From assembly GCA_020350825.1 (NCBI GenBank), contig CP070724.1, positions 2,012,848 through 2,076,847 of the forward strand: 64,000 nucleotides of DNA. Reading direction: 5' to 3'. Positions 10,607 through 20,068 of the stretch are shown here, piece by piece (position 1 is the stretch's first letter; each line of letters starts with the position of its first letter). Made by a program: the position numbers and the translations under genes. Below the pieces are notes generated by a model. That model saw only the letters and a program-made list of their open reading frames with translations. It searched no databases and was not told where the DNA came from. This DNA is from Thermoplasmatales archaeon (GTDB lineage Archaea; Thermoplasmatota; E2; DHVEG-1).

Positions 10607-11195
10607 TATTTCTGGAGGTATTTAAATAATTTCATAATTATTTACGACAATTGTCGAAAAATAATGCAATTTTATATGTTCTAAGGTCTATGAATTGCAT
10701 TATTGCTAAAAATGAAAAAAATGCCTTAGAGGGTTTTTTGTACTACTATTAATCTAATTTCAACAGGGTTGTTACATCAAGTAATGTTAATCTCCTTGAG
10801 GCCTGAAAAACCAATCAAATGTAAGCCTTTTCTTTTTACGTTTTAACCTTTCTGCATCTTTTTGTGCGCTTATCATCCCATCTTCTTTTTTCTGGTTTCT
10901 ATTTGATTTACTGATTTTATTTTGTGTGTCATGGAATTTTCCTTGTGCTTGTTTCCATTTTCTATTGAACATATTATTAGTTTGACTTTCCTCCAATATT
11001 ATTGCTACATCTAAAGATGGGAGAGTTTATAAATGCTATCCTTTATCACATTTTCTGCTAACTAAAACTTATTGGCAGTAATTATTTTATCGATTATATT
11101 ATTATATTTGAATATTCAAAAAGCGGGAACAAAAAATTAATAAATAATAATCCATTTCGTCTTATAAATATTTAGAAGAGGATGAGGATGCTATT

Positions 11196-11384
11196 ATGCA
11201 GGAAGTTTTGTATAATATTGAGATAAAGAGAGATGAGAACAAATATCTAGGTAAAATATATTCAGAGATCGATGGGGTAAGGGAATTTAAAAATGAACAC
11301 ATAGATAGATTACTTAATGATATGACTGTTGACATGCAGCTAACTCTTGATGAGTTTTCTAATCACTCTATAATATTTGAATAA
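11196..11384 (+). CDS. small HicB-like / UPF0150-family protein (possible orphan antitoxin)
   Basis: 62 aa. YNIEIKRDENKYLGKIYSEIDGVREF matches the HicB N-terminal strand-turn pattern. A purine-rich stretch (gaggatgaggatg) precedes the start. Confidence 0.3.
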   Translation: MQEVLYNIEIKRDENKYLGKIYSEIDGVREFKNEHIDRLLNDMTVDMQLTLDEFSNHSIIFE

Positions 11385-11549
11385 AATCTAGAAAGAATAA
11401 AAAAAGAGTATTAATGAATTGATTTCATTTTACCGTTGCTTTAATCTTATGGTTAACTATCAAAAAGCATATCTTATTTGCTTAGTGTTTAAATGATGGA
11501 TTCAAGTTTTGATTTCATAATGTTTGATGATCTCATTTTTTTACGTTTC

Positions 11550-12761
11550 TTAAAATAGAGCTTTAATTAAAAACGGTGTTATCAAAGTAGTTGCAATAGT
11601 TAATAGAATAGTTACTGCAAGTATCTGATGTTCAACCTTTGGACTACTAAACATCCCATGAGAAATTGCAGAGCTTACAATTATTAGTGCCAACTCCATT
11701 CTTGGGACCATTCCCACTCCTATCTGTAAAGATTCTCGATTTTTCATACCGGCAAGTTTTGCTCCGATTCCACAGCCCACAATTTTTCCCACGATGGCAA
11801 CGATAATAATTACTAACGCTATTAATCCAATAGTAGCAAACGAAGAGAGGTCTTGGCTAGCACCTACCCATAAATTGGCCCCAGTCCATACAAAAAACAG
11901 CGGAATAAAAAATCCGTATCCTATAGCTCGTACATCGTCGATAATTTTTCTAGATTTTAATGTATGTCCAATGATAAGTCCGGCAACAAACGCACCAATT
12001 ATTCCTGCTATTCCGCTTTTATCGGCAAAAAATGAAAATAAAAGGAAGATGGCAAGAGAAATACTTAACAAGGCTTTTGGAAGGTGTATTTTTTCCCCAA
12101 GATCTAAGATTTTATCCACAATTTTTAATCCAAGATATAGGAATATTAGTAAGAAAATAATTATTTTTATACCTATATAAATCGGTGAGTCTATTCCCAA
12201 AATGAATGCCAATAAAATAATACCTAAAACATCATCAATTACCGCACTACTAAGAATTGTAACACTAACATCTGAATCAAGAGCATGTAAATCCATCAAT
12301 GTTCTTACAGTTACACCAACAGAGGTAGCGACAAGTATTAGGGCGATAACAATACTATCTTGCTGCGAAAAACCGAAAAACATACCAACAACAATACCTA
12401 GTATTAATGGCAAAAATATCCCACCGACAGCTACAAATAATGACGGTTTTTCTATTTTCTTTAATTTGGGTAAACTTGTTTGTAACCCAGAGATGAACAG
12501 TAAGAATAATATTCCTATCTCTGCTAATAACTTGAATTCCCAAGAATTATAATTCAATTGAGGTAGAAAAAAAGTTAAATTTAAAAAAGAAAAACCTTGT
12601 CCAGAAAAAACTACTAATCCTAATCCTCCCAGAACTATACCTGCAATTATTTCACCTATCACCGCAGGTTGTTTTAGTCTGTCAAATACAAAACCCATGA
12701 TCCTTGCAAATATGAGAGCTAAGGCAATTAATAATACAAAATCAAATACCGTTAAAATCAA
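11550..12761 (-). CDS. monovalent cation:proton antiporter, CPA2 (KefB/NapA-like) family
   Basis: About 12 TM helices. N-terminus ...FARIMGFVFDRLKQPAVIGEIIAGIVLG is typical of Kef-type antiporters. Confidence 0.85.
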   Translation of the reverse strand: MILTVFDFVLLIALALIFARIMGFVFDRLKQPAVIGEIIAGIVLGGLGLVVFSGQGFSFLNLTFFLPQLNYNSWEFKLLAEIGILFLLFISGLQTSLPKLKKIEKPSLFVAVGGIFLPLILGIVVGMFFGFSQQDSIVIALILVATSVGVTVRTLMDLHALDSDVSVTILSSAVIDDVLGIILLAFILGIDSPIYIGIKIIIFLLIFLYLGLKIVDKILDLGEKIHLPKALLSISLAIFLLFSFFADKSGIAGIIGAFVAGLIIGHTLKSRKIIDDVRAIGYGFFIPLFFVWTGANLWVGASQDLSSFATIGLIALVIIIVAIVGKIVGCGIGAKLAGMKNRESLQIGVGMVPRMELALIIVSSAISHGMFSSPKVEHQILAVTILLTIATTLITPFLIKALF

Positions 12762-13255
12762 GCTTCTTTATCCTCTGTTATCGAATGATATTGAGTGGCA
12801 TCATAATATTTTCTAATTAACTGATGTAAGGTAAGTTCCCCTATTACCTCCTTATCTTCCAATACAGGAAGTCTTCGCAACCGATGTTTTGTCATTTTTT
12901 GAAGGACATCGACAATTTTTTCATATTGATTACAGGTAACAAGCCGTACACTCATAATATCTGCTGCGGTTTTTGCTGTTCCGTGGTGAATCGATTTTAC
13001 ATCGGGCATACCGAATACATATGATGGAAATTTTTTTGGAGCTAGTATTGAAAGAACATCATGTTCTGTTATCACACCTACGAGCTCTTTTTTTTCTTTA
13101 TCTTTTACTACCCAGATGTGGTTTCTAGCACCTAATATATTTAGGATATGTTGAATATCTTCGTTTTCTTCAATTATGGGCAGATCCCATATTCTTTTAT
13201 CCATCACCTGTTTTACAGTAAGTTCATAGAAATCAGGAATCAATCGTTTTGGCAT
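12758..13255 (-). CDS. CBS-domain pair protein, translationally coupled to the antiporter
   Basis: Two CBS motifs. Overlaps the downstream antiporter by 4 nt. Confidence 0.75.
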   Translation of the reverse strand: MPKRLIPDFYELTVKQVMDKRIWDLPIIEENEDIQHILNILGARNHIWVVKDKEKKELVGVITEHDVLSILAPKKFPSYVFGMPDVKSIHHGTAKTAADIMSVRLVTCNQYEKIVDVLQKMTKHRLRRLPVLEDKEVIGELTLHQLIRKYYDATQYHSITEDKEA

Positions 13256-13284
13256 GATAAAACATAAAACCCAAAGTTGTATTT

Positions 13285-13444
13285 AAAAGCTATTTAGGTA
13301 AGGAGAACTTTCCTTAAAACTCTCCTTTAAGAACAGTTCAAAAATGCGTCTTTGATGATCGAGATTAAAAAAATTCTTACTAACCATAAGTGGAGAAGGA
13401 TATCTTTAATCCTTCTCTATTTTCTTTATTTTTTTAATAATAAT
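13285..13444. repeat. ~160-bp direct repeat, copy A (partner at 15860-16020)
   Basis: About 88% identical to copy B by eye. Contains hairpin gagaagga-N9-tccttctc (13393-13417) followed by a T-rich run. Confidence 0.9.
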
Positions 13445-13661
13445 CCTCCGACCCATAACAAATCTTCTTGAGCTGTTACAAAGTGGTTACATTCCCCTTT
13501 TCGCTGTAAATTTCGTCGAAAAATTATACTTTTTTCTAAAACCTTTCTTCTCTCTATTTTGAACTTACTCGGATACTATTAATAAAAATTTTAGCTAATC
13601 TAATATCTTCTCTTCTATCAGCTTTATCAAATTCCAATATTCAGGATGATATTTTTAAGTT

Positions 13662-14753
13662 CTAACTTCCGAAAAAGATTTGGGCGATCTCATAAAGATC
13701 CATATCAACCGTTTTTAATCTTGAAACAGACTTTTCAAGTTCAACTGGGACAATTTTATTTCCCTGTAATGCAACCATTTTCCCATAATTATCCTCATTT
13801 ATTAAGTCAACAGCCGCAACACCAAATCGTGTTGCTAAAACCCGATCATAAGCAGAAGGTGTACCCCCTCTTTGTACATGACCAAGAATAGTAACCCTTG
13901 TATCAACTCCCAAACGTTTCTCGATTTCATTTGCTAGAAAATGTCCAATTCCTCCAAGTTTTACATGGCCAAATTCATCCTTCTCCTCAGTTTGAGTAAT
14001 CAGGGTACCTCCTTCCCCAATAAAACTAGTATCCCCTTCTACACCAGTTTGAGAAACCGATAAGTCCTTTTTTATGGGTTGTGCACCCTCAGCTACTACA
14101 ACTATACTGAATTTTTTACCACGATCATAACGTGCCTTCAGATGATTACAAACAAATTCAATATCAAATTGTTCCTCAGGAATCAATATCTCATCAGCTC
14201 CACCAGCAATACCTGCCACTGTCGCAATCCATCCTGCATGCCTCCCCATTACCTCCACGACTATTACTCTATGATGAGACTCAGCAGTTGTATGAAGCCT
14301 ATCTATAGCCTCAGTAACGATAGAAACCGCGGTATCAAATCCAAATGTATAATCAGTGCCAAAGAGATCATTATCAATAGTTTTTGGAATACCTACCACG
14401 GGAATACCAATCTTATGTAATTTTAAAGCGACACCAAGAGTATCCTCACCGCCGATAGCTGCAATAGCATCAATCCCAAATCTTTTAGTATTCTCAGTAA
14501 GCTTTTGCACATCCTCCTCATATTTAAACGGATTTGTACGCGATGTCCCAATGATAGTTCCACCCTTTGGAAGGATGCCAGAGACAGTGTAATCTGTAAG
14601 TGGTTCCACATCGCCTTCTATTAGACCCTTCCATCCATTTCTAATACCAATGATCTCCCAGCCATATTTAATAGATTTTTTTACAACAGCTCGGATAACA
14701 GCATTCAAACCTGGGCAGTCTCCTCCACCAGTTAAAACTCCAATTTTTTTCAT
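13662..14753 (-). CDS. pfkA: 6-phosphofructokinase, PFK-A family (bacterial type)
   Basis: MKKIGVLTGGGDCPGLNAVIRAVV ... GGDGT-like ... PKTIDNDL motifs. ATG at 14753 overlaps the fba stop as ATGA. The track start at 14774 is a spurious upstream extension. Confidence 0.9.
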   Translation of the reverse strand: MKKIGVLTGGGDCPGLNAVIRAVVKKSIKYGWEIIGIRNGWKGLIEGDVEPLTDYTVSGILPKGGTIIGTSRTNPFKYEEDVQKLTENTKRFGIDAIAAIGGEDTLGVALKLHKIGIPVVGIPKTIDNDLFGTDYTFGFDTAVSIVTEAIDRLHTTAESHHRVIVVEVMGRHAGWIATVAGIAGGADEILIPEEQFDIEFVCNHLKARYDRGKKFSIVVVAEGAQPIKKDLSVSQTGVEGDTSFIGEGGTLITQTEEKDEFGHVKLGGIGHFLANEIEKRLGVDTRVTILGHVQRGGTPSAYDRVLATRFGVAAVDLINEDNYGKMVALQGNKIVPVELEKSVSRLKTVDMDLYEIAQIFFGS

Positions 14754-15694
14754 AAAACTAATTCCTCCTCCCAAGCCTTATCAGCTGAGCCAAGTATATC
14801 AATCTTTTCTTTGACTACATCATATATAGCATTTCGTGCAGGACCTAATATCTTCCTTGGATCAAATTGCTCTGGTGAATTAGCAAATACTTCTCTTATT
14901 GCAGTAGTGAATGCCAGTCTCAAATCAGTATCAATATTTATCTTATTGATTCCCAGTTTAATCACTTTTTTTATGTGTTCAGTGGGAACACCTTTTGCAC
15001 CTGGTATTTTTGCACCATATTTTGCTGCCTTTTTAAGGATATTTTCAGGAACACTTGAAGCACCGTGTAGCACTAATGGGATTTTTGTCAAATTTTTTGT
15101 TTCATCCAATCTCTCAAAATCTAGTTCTGCTTCTCCTTTGAATTTAAAAGCACCATGAGACGTTCCTATGGCAGGGGCCAATGAATCAATTTCTGTTTCT
15201 TCTACGAATAATTTAGCATCCTGAGGGTTTACTAAAATCGCATCTCTTTCTAATACAGAGACATTATCCTCGATGCCTTGTAATCTACCAAGTTCGGCTT
15301 CCACAGAAACATTATGGGTATGAGCTGTTTTTACTACTTTTTTTGTTTCTTCAATATTCTCATCTAATGATAAGTGTGAAGCATCAATCATCAATGATGT
15401 GTAACCGTATTTTATGCATTTTTGTATAACTTCGAAATTCTTACCATGATCTAAATGAAGAGCTATGGGTACACTTGTTATATTTGCCGCTGTTTTTACC
15501 ATTGATACAAGATAATTTATACCGGCGTATTTAATTGCACTTTCACTCGTAGCGATTATTACTGGAGAATTCTTTTCTTCAGCCGCTCTAATAATACCTT
15601 GAAAAATTTCCATATTATTGATGTTAAACGCCCCAACAGCATATCCTCCAACATTTGCTGCATCTAAAATTTCCTTACCTGTAACTAAACTCAT
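14750..15694 (-). CDS. fba: fructose-bisphosphate aldolase, class II (bacterial type)
   Basis: GYAVGAFN...HLDHG...class II Zn-aldolase signatures. 314 aa. Confidence 0.9.
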   Translation of the reverse strand: MSLVTGKEILDAANVGGYAVGAFNINNMEIFQGIIRAAEEKNSPVIIATSESAIKYAGINYLVSMVKTAANITSVPIALHLDHGKNFEVIQKCIKYGYTSLMIDASHLSLDENIEETKKVVKTAHTHNVSVEAELGRLQGIEDNVSVLERDAILVNPQDAKLFVEETEIDSLAPAIGTSHGAFKFKGEAELDFERLDETKNLTKIPLVLHGASSVPENILKKAAKYGAKIPGAKGVPTEHIKKVIKLGINKINIDTDLRLAFTTAIREVFANSPEQFDPRKILGPARNAIYDVVKEKIDILGSADKAWEEELVL

Positions 15695-15859
15695 ATTTCC
15701 ATCTCCTCAAAGATTCATACTAAAATCCATATTAATAGCTTGCTATAAAAACAATAAAATGAAAAAACAGATGGAAGATGAAATGAAATTATTGTATGCA
15801 GTTTACCCTACTTTTTAATGGATCGGATTTGGAAAAATGAAAAGGCTATAATTAGAGTA

Positions 15860-16020
15860 AAAAGCTATTTAGGTAAGGAGAACTTTCCTTAAAACTCTCC
15901 TTTAAGAACAGTTTAAAAATGCGTCCTTGATGATAGAGAATAAAAAAATTCTTACTAACTATAAATGGAGAATGAAATCTTCAATCATTCTCTATTTTCT
16001 TTATTTTTTTAATAATAATC
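15860..16020. repeat. ~160-bp direct repeat, copy B (partner at 13285-13444)
   Basis: Same orientation as copy A. Hairpin gagaatga-N9-tcattctc (15968-15992) differs from copy A by a compensatory pair change, G-C to T-A at stem position 6. Confidence 0.9.
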
Positions 16021-16271
16021 TTATGGATACATAACAACATTGATATTCAAAAAATATAGGGGAAAAATTTAGTGTTTTCTAACTTAGCAGAGAAATTTAT
16101 TGATTTGAGCTTTTATTTCGTTTTTAAATTTTCAATTTGTAATTATTGAAATTGAATCAGAATAGCACGCACTGGTTTTGTTACAGATGTTTCAAATAAA
16201 AATTCATCATAACATTTAAATCGATTTTGGATATATCTTATTTGTATATCGCATATATGGGGAGGTAAATT

Positions 16272-17186
16272 ATGCTGCAGTCTTTCTTATTACCACCTGT
16301 TAAAGCAGTTCGAATAGCTTGGGCACGCACTGGTGATTTTTCAGAAAACTCACATTCTCGACGTTATGCAGATCAGGCTAAGACAGAACTGAAAGATATT
16401 AAAAGGCAAGCAGAAGGAGATAAAAAAGAAAGGAGATATGTAAGTGATGCTATAGCAATCATAGAAGCTAGCTTGCGCAACCTTGACACAATCTACAAAG
16501 GGCGTGAACTCAATTTTTATGAGAATGAAAAATTAAGATTATCTCATCTAGAATCTGTAAAACAAAGCCTGGAATTTGGAAACAAAGCAAAAGATTTTTT
16601 AAAATCTCTGCCCACTATGACAATTGGTTCTGCAAGCGGTATTACTGTAGCTCAACTTCTTGGAGCTACCGTTATGCAATTGTGGGCTGTAGGTTTGTTG
16701 TTTGCCGCTGTTGGTTATTTAGTCAATTGGATTATTGTAGATAGAATGCGTATAGAAAAACAATGGAACTTTATTCTTCAGGATTATGAAAGAGGGCTTT
16801 ACTATGTCCAATATCTTAACAGAGTCACTGAAGCATTAGCATCTTTGTATAATAGTATAGATCAAATCCATAAAACTGTTTTTAATCAAAAATACCCAAT
16901 AGATACAGATGTAATTAAGATTATCAATGAATTGTTAAGGGGAATTCGACCAACATATTGTGATTATGTTAAGGAACATTTAAAGACCGAGGTAATTGTA
17001 GATAAAAAAGGTAAAGAAAAAAAGGGATGGTTAATAATGAATGGAAAGGAAAAGAAAGGGAGGAAAAAAAAGAAAGCAATGTGGGAGCAGTGGTCGGTGT
17101 GTGAATCTGGGATCGAAGAAGCTGTAGAAAAATGCCGGTTTTGGGAGGGGAAAAAACCCAAGGAAATTGAAGTAAAAAAAACTTAG
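16272..17186 (+). CDS. hypothetical membrane protein (central TM hairpin, Lys-rich C-terminal tail); upstream partner of the EEP nuclease
   Basis: 304 aa. Hydrophobic segment TMTIGSASGITVAQLLGATVMQLWAVGLLFAAVGYLVNWIIV. No recognisable domain. 10-nt gap to the next gene. Confidence 0.5.
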   Translation: MLQSFLLPPVKAVRIAWARTGDFSENSHSRRYADQAKTELKDIKRQAEGDKKERRYVSDAIAIIEASLRNLDTIYKGRELNFYENEKLRLSHLESVKQSLEFGNKAKDFLKSLPTMTIGSASGITVAQLLGATVMQLWAVGLLFAAVGYLVNWIIVDRMRIEKQWNFILQDYERGLYYVQYLNRVTEALASLYNSIDQIHKTVFNQKYPIDTDVIKIINELLRGIRPTYCDYVKEHLKTEVIVDKKGKEKKGWLIMNGKEKKGRKKKKAMWEQWSVCESGIEEAVEKCRFWEGKKPKEIEVKKT

Positions 17187-17196
17187 GAGAGAGAAT

Positions 17197-18174
17197 ATGA
17201 GACCTATACCAGATTTTTTTGAACCACCACCTAGTCATGTAGTAAATGACTATTATAATTTAGTGGTTGCTTTGAATAACACAATACCTGAAAAAACAAG
17301 CAATAATCTCTTGATTGCAACCTGGAATTTAAAGAAATTTAGCTCATTAACTAAGAAATGGTTATCTGATTCCAATGACAGTCCAAAAAGGGATTTTACT
17401 GCTATACAAACTATTACCGAAATTGTTTCTAGATTTGATGTTGTTGCTATCCAAGAAGTTATGGGAAATCTGCGTGCTCTTCGTTACTTAATTAATATGC
17501 TTGGTAAAGATTGGGCGTTCTTAATGACTGATATTACCCTTGGGGTTGCAGGGGGTGCTGAAAGAATGGCATTTGTTTTTAATCGTACTAGAGTTAAACT
17601 CTCAGGTTTGGCATGTGAACTGGTGATTCCTCCAGACTGGTCTGAAAATATAACAAATCAATATCCCCAACAATTTGCGCGTACACCTTATGCTGTAAGT
17701 TTTAAACGAGAATCGGCAACATTCATTCTTGTCACCTTACACATTGATTATGGGGACCAATCAATAGATAGGATTCCTGAATTAAAAGATATTGCAAAAT
17801 GGATGTACGATTGGGCTGAACGTGTAACCAGCTGGCATCATAATCTTATCACCCTAGGAGATTTTAATATCGATAGAGAAGGCGATGAATTATGGGGCGC
17901 TTTCACCTCAACAGGGTTAAAGGTTCCAAAATGCTTAGAAAATCAAAAAAGATCAATTTTTGCAACTGCTGAAGATACAAAGAAAGAAAAATATTATGAC
18001 CAAATCGCATGGTTTCAAGATAGTGCGAAAAATAACCTCATAGAAATGAAAATCAATGATGGGGATAATTTTGATTTTCTCCCTTATGTATATCAACATC
18101 TTTCATTGAAAAAAAATTCGATCCAGCACAGAATATCGGATCACTATCCTCTTTGGTGTGAATTTATAATTTAA
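17197..18174 (+). CDS. endonuclease/exonuclease/phosphatase (EEP, DNase I-like) family nuclease
   Basis: EEP motifs LIATWNL, VVAIQEV, LGDFN, SDHYP. No signal peptide. Confidence 0.75.
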   Translation: MRPIPDFFEPPPSHVVNDYYNLVVALNNTIPEKTSNNLLIATWNLKKFSSLTKKWLSDSNDSPKRDFTAIQTITEIVSRFDVVAIQEVMGNLRALRYLINMLGKDWAFLMTDITLGVAGGAERMAFVFNRTRVKLSGLACELVIPPDWSENITNQYPQQFARTPYAVSFKRESATFILVTLHIDYGDQSIDRIPELKDIAKWMYDWAERVTSWHHNLITLGDFNIDREGDELWGAFTSTGLKVPKCLENQKRSIFATAEDTKKEKYYDQIAWFQDSAKNNLIEMKINDGDNFDFLPYVYQHLSLKKNSIQHRISDHYPLWCEFII

Positions 18175-18564
18175 TAGAGCATATTGATAGTACCGTGTAA
18201 AATTACCTGTATTTCCAATATGTTTCGCTAGATACTCTCAGATAAATGGTGTGTTCAGATGAAAAATTTTTAAATTTCTCTCCTGTCACACAGGATCAGT
18301 TTTAATGACCTCCTATAGTATTATACAATGAGGGGGATCCCTTATTATGATCTTTGGTTCTTGATTGTTGCCAAGTATGGACTACATACCCAGCTATAAA
18401 CCCATCAACTGTCTAATTATTGGAAAAATCCGTGGATGATTCTGATACTTATATTGTTGCTCGGTTTAAACTAATTTTTTGAATGTAACAATCATTAACA
18501 AGGTTATTTGGCAAAACAAGCATTTGCTTGGATTATTATGTGAAGCCGCATTTGAATTGCAATT

Positions 18565-18609
18565 ATGATTCATAAAAGAATAAAAAGAAGGAATAACCAT
18601 TCTATTCCT
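18565..18609 (-). terminator. hairpin plus T-tract terminator candidate downstream of the 18632-19069 gene
   Basis: aggaata-N7-tattcct (18589-18609), followed on the minus strand by ttctttttattcttttatg. Confidence 0.45.
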
Positions 18610-18631
18610 CCTTTCATTATGATTTAATTAT

Positions 18632-19069
18632 TTATGCCCAGAAATAAGCTGATTCTCCTACATTGTTATCTTCTCTTATCTCAGTAAGCTCATGGTAAAA
18701 ATCTGTTACTGCAACACACTTATATCGTTCTGGTGGATCATTAGTCAAATAAAAAAGTTTAGACACAGGAACCGTCCATCCTCTAGGTATACCAATAGGA
18801 TGCGTGTAATCCTTTAATATTAACCAAGACTGCCCATCGTCTAGAAAAAGCAATGTATTAAACCCAGGATCAGCACCATGATCACCAATGTTTTTTACCC
18901 ATGCCGTCACAAGATGCCAATTTTGCACAGGACCAGGTACAACCGTTACACTTGTAATTGTCAGATCTGGCATTGGAGAATAATCTCCGCTACTTACAAT
19001 AGGTACAGTAGAAAACAGTAAAATAGCTACCATCAGCCCCAATACTAAAAATCCTAATTTCCTCTTCAT
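18632..19069 (-). CDS. secreted protein with CARDB-like domain
   Basis: Signal peptide MKRKLGFLVLGLMVAILLF. DLTITSVTVVPGP...VKNIGD resembles the CARDB domain. Confidence 0.5.
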   Translation of the reverse strand: MKRKLGFLVLGLMVAILLFSTVPIVSSGDYSPMPDLTITSVTVVPGPVQNWHLVTAWVKNIGDHGADPGFNTLLFLDDGQSWLILKDYTHPIGIPRGWTVPVSKLFYLTNDPPERYKCVAVTDFYHELTEIREDNNVGESAYFWA

Positions 19070-19096
19070 TGTATTTCAACCTCCGATATTATTTTG

Positions 19097-19146
19097 ACCT
19101 CCCGAGAATAAGGTTCCTTTAGGCATATTTTTCCGTCCCGGTCGTT
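19097..19146. promoter_or_regulatory. conserved ~50-bp upstream element, copy 1 (partner at 20018-20068); likely shared promoter or leader
   Basis: acctcccgagaataaggttcctttaggcatatttttccgtcccggtcgtt, about 28 nt upstream of the ATG at 19069. The minus-strand sense contains aaaaatatgcc (TATA-like). Confidence 0.4.
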
Positions 19147-19267
19147 ATAATACCATAAAAAACAAGAGTGATAAAGAGATAGTACACTTTCCCAAATTGA
19201 TATCACTACCATAATGATCTACCCTAAATTTTTTATAAATATTTTTTAATACAACAGTCGTCACACT

Positions 19268-19966
19268 TTAGTTGTCCCAAGCCCAAGCGTCGAGAGTATA
19301 AGAACCAACGCAATTGTCTCCAAAATCATAGCAGTAAACCTTTATCTTGTAATCCCCATCGAAAATACTAGAATTAATCTTGTCACTTACATGGTCTGTT
19401 AAGGTACCCCATCGAATGCTCTTTTTTGCAAAACTCCAGGACCACCAGATACGTTCCCACAGATAAAGATCACAATCCCCACTATGTGTGGATAATGTAA
19501 TATCACACTCATCTACATCATAGAAATAAAAGTAGTGACTTTGTCCTTTCGTGAGGTTACCAGAAGTATGGATATGATAAGTCTCCAAACTGTTTCCCTT
19601 TAAGCCATCCAAACCTATTGCGATGTGCAAGGATGACAATACATCATCCAAAGAAGGAAAATCTTTCTTTGATGTAGCATGGAGATCCCTTCCGTGAAAC
19701 AACGTTCGTCTTACTTGAGCCTGCTTTTGATATAGTGGCTCCAAGATCTTTTTTTGTTCTTCCCTGTTTTTAGGTGCGAACACCTCTACCTGCAACTCAG
19801 GTTGTTTTCGCTGCTGGAAAGCAACGACTAACTGTTCTGGTCCTGCGACTGTAACTTTAAACTGTTTCCGTTTTTTTTCATCACTAAGCGAAAATGGTAG
19901 CGTGATTAAATCGTAAGCAGCATATTCTTCTGTAGGTTTCACTTTCATAAAATCAAGTGTCTTCAT
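19268..19966 (-). CDS. protein with C-terminal pre-peptidase C-terminal (PPC)-like domain
   Basis: The C-terminal segment GDCDLYL...DYKIKVYCYDFGDNCVGSYTL resembles the PPC / P-domain. ATG at 19966 (MKTLDF...) is preferred over the TTG at 19996 used by the track. Confidence 0.45.
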   Translation of the reverse strand: MKTLDFMKVKPTEEYAAYDLITLPFSLSDEKKRKQFKVTVAGPEQLVVAFQQRKQPELQVEVFAPKNREEQKKILEPLYQKQAQVRRTLFHGRDLHATSKKDFPSLDDVLSSLHIAIGLDGLKGNSLETYHIHTSGNLTKGQSHYFYFYDVDECDITLSTHSGDCDLYLWERIWWSWSFAKKSIRWGTLTDHVSDKINSSIFDGDYKIKVYCYDFGDNCVGSYTLDAWAWDN

Positions 19967-20017
19967 ATTAACCCGCCTTAAAACTCGATTATCCAATCTT
20001 TCTCATCTCCATTCTAT

Positions 20018-20068
20018 ACCTCCCGGGAATAAGGTTCCTTTAGGCATCATGTTTCCGTCCCGGTCGTT
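20018..20068. promoter_or_regulatory. conserved ~50-bp upstream element, copy 2
   Basis: acctcccgggaataaggttcctttaggcatcatgtttccgtcccggtcgtt, upstream of the 19268-19966 gene. Confidence 0.4.

Noticed and set aside
10683-10750. Hairpin ctaagg…ccttag plus T-run as a terminator
   Set aside because: The 6-bp stem encloses a ~40-nt loop and no upstream gene ends there, so this is too weak to call.
14754-14774. Track start MGGGISF for pfkA, 21 nt upstream
   Set aside because: The internal MKKIGVLTGGGDCPGLN start is the conserved PFK N-terminus and gives the classic ATGA overlap with fba. The extension would overlap fba by 25 nt.
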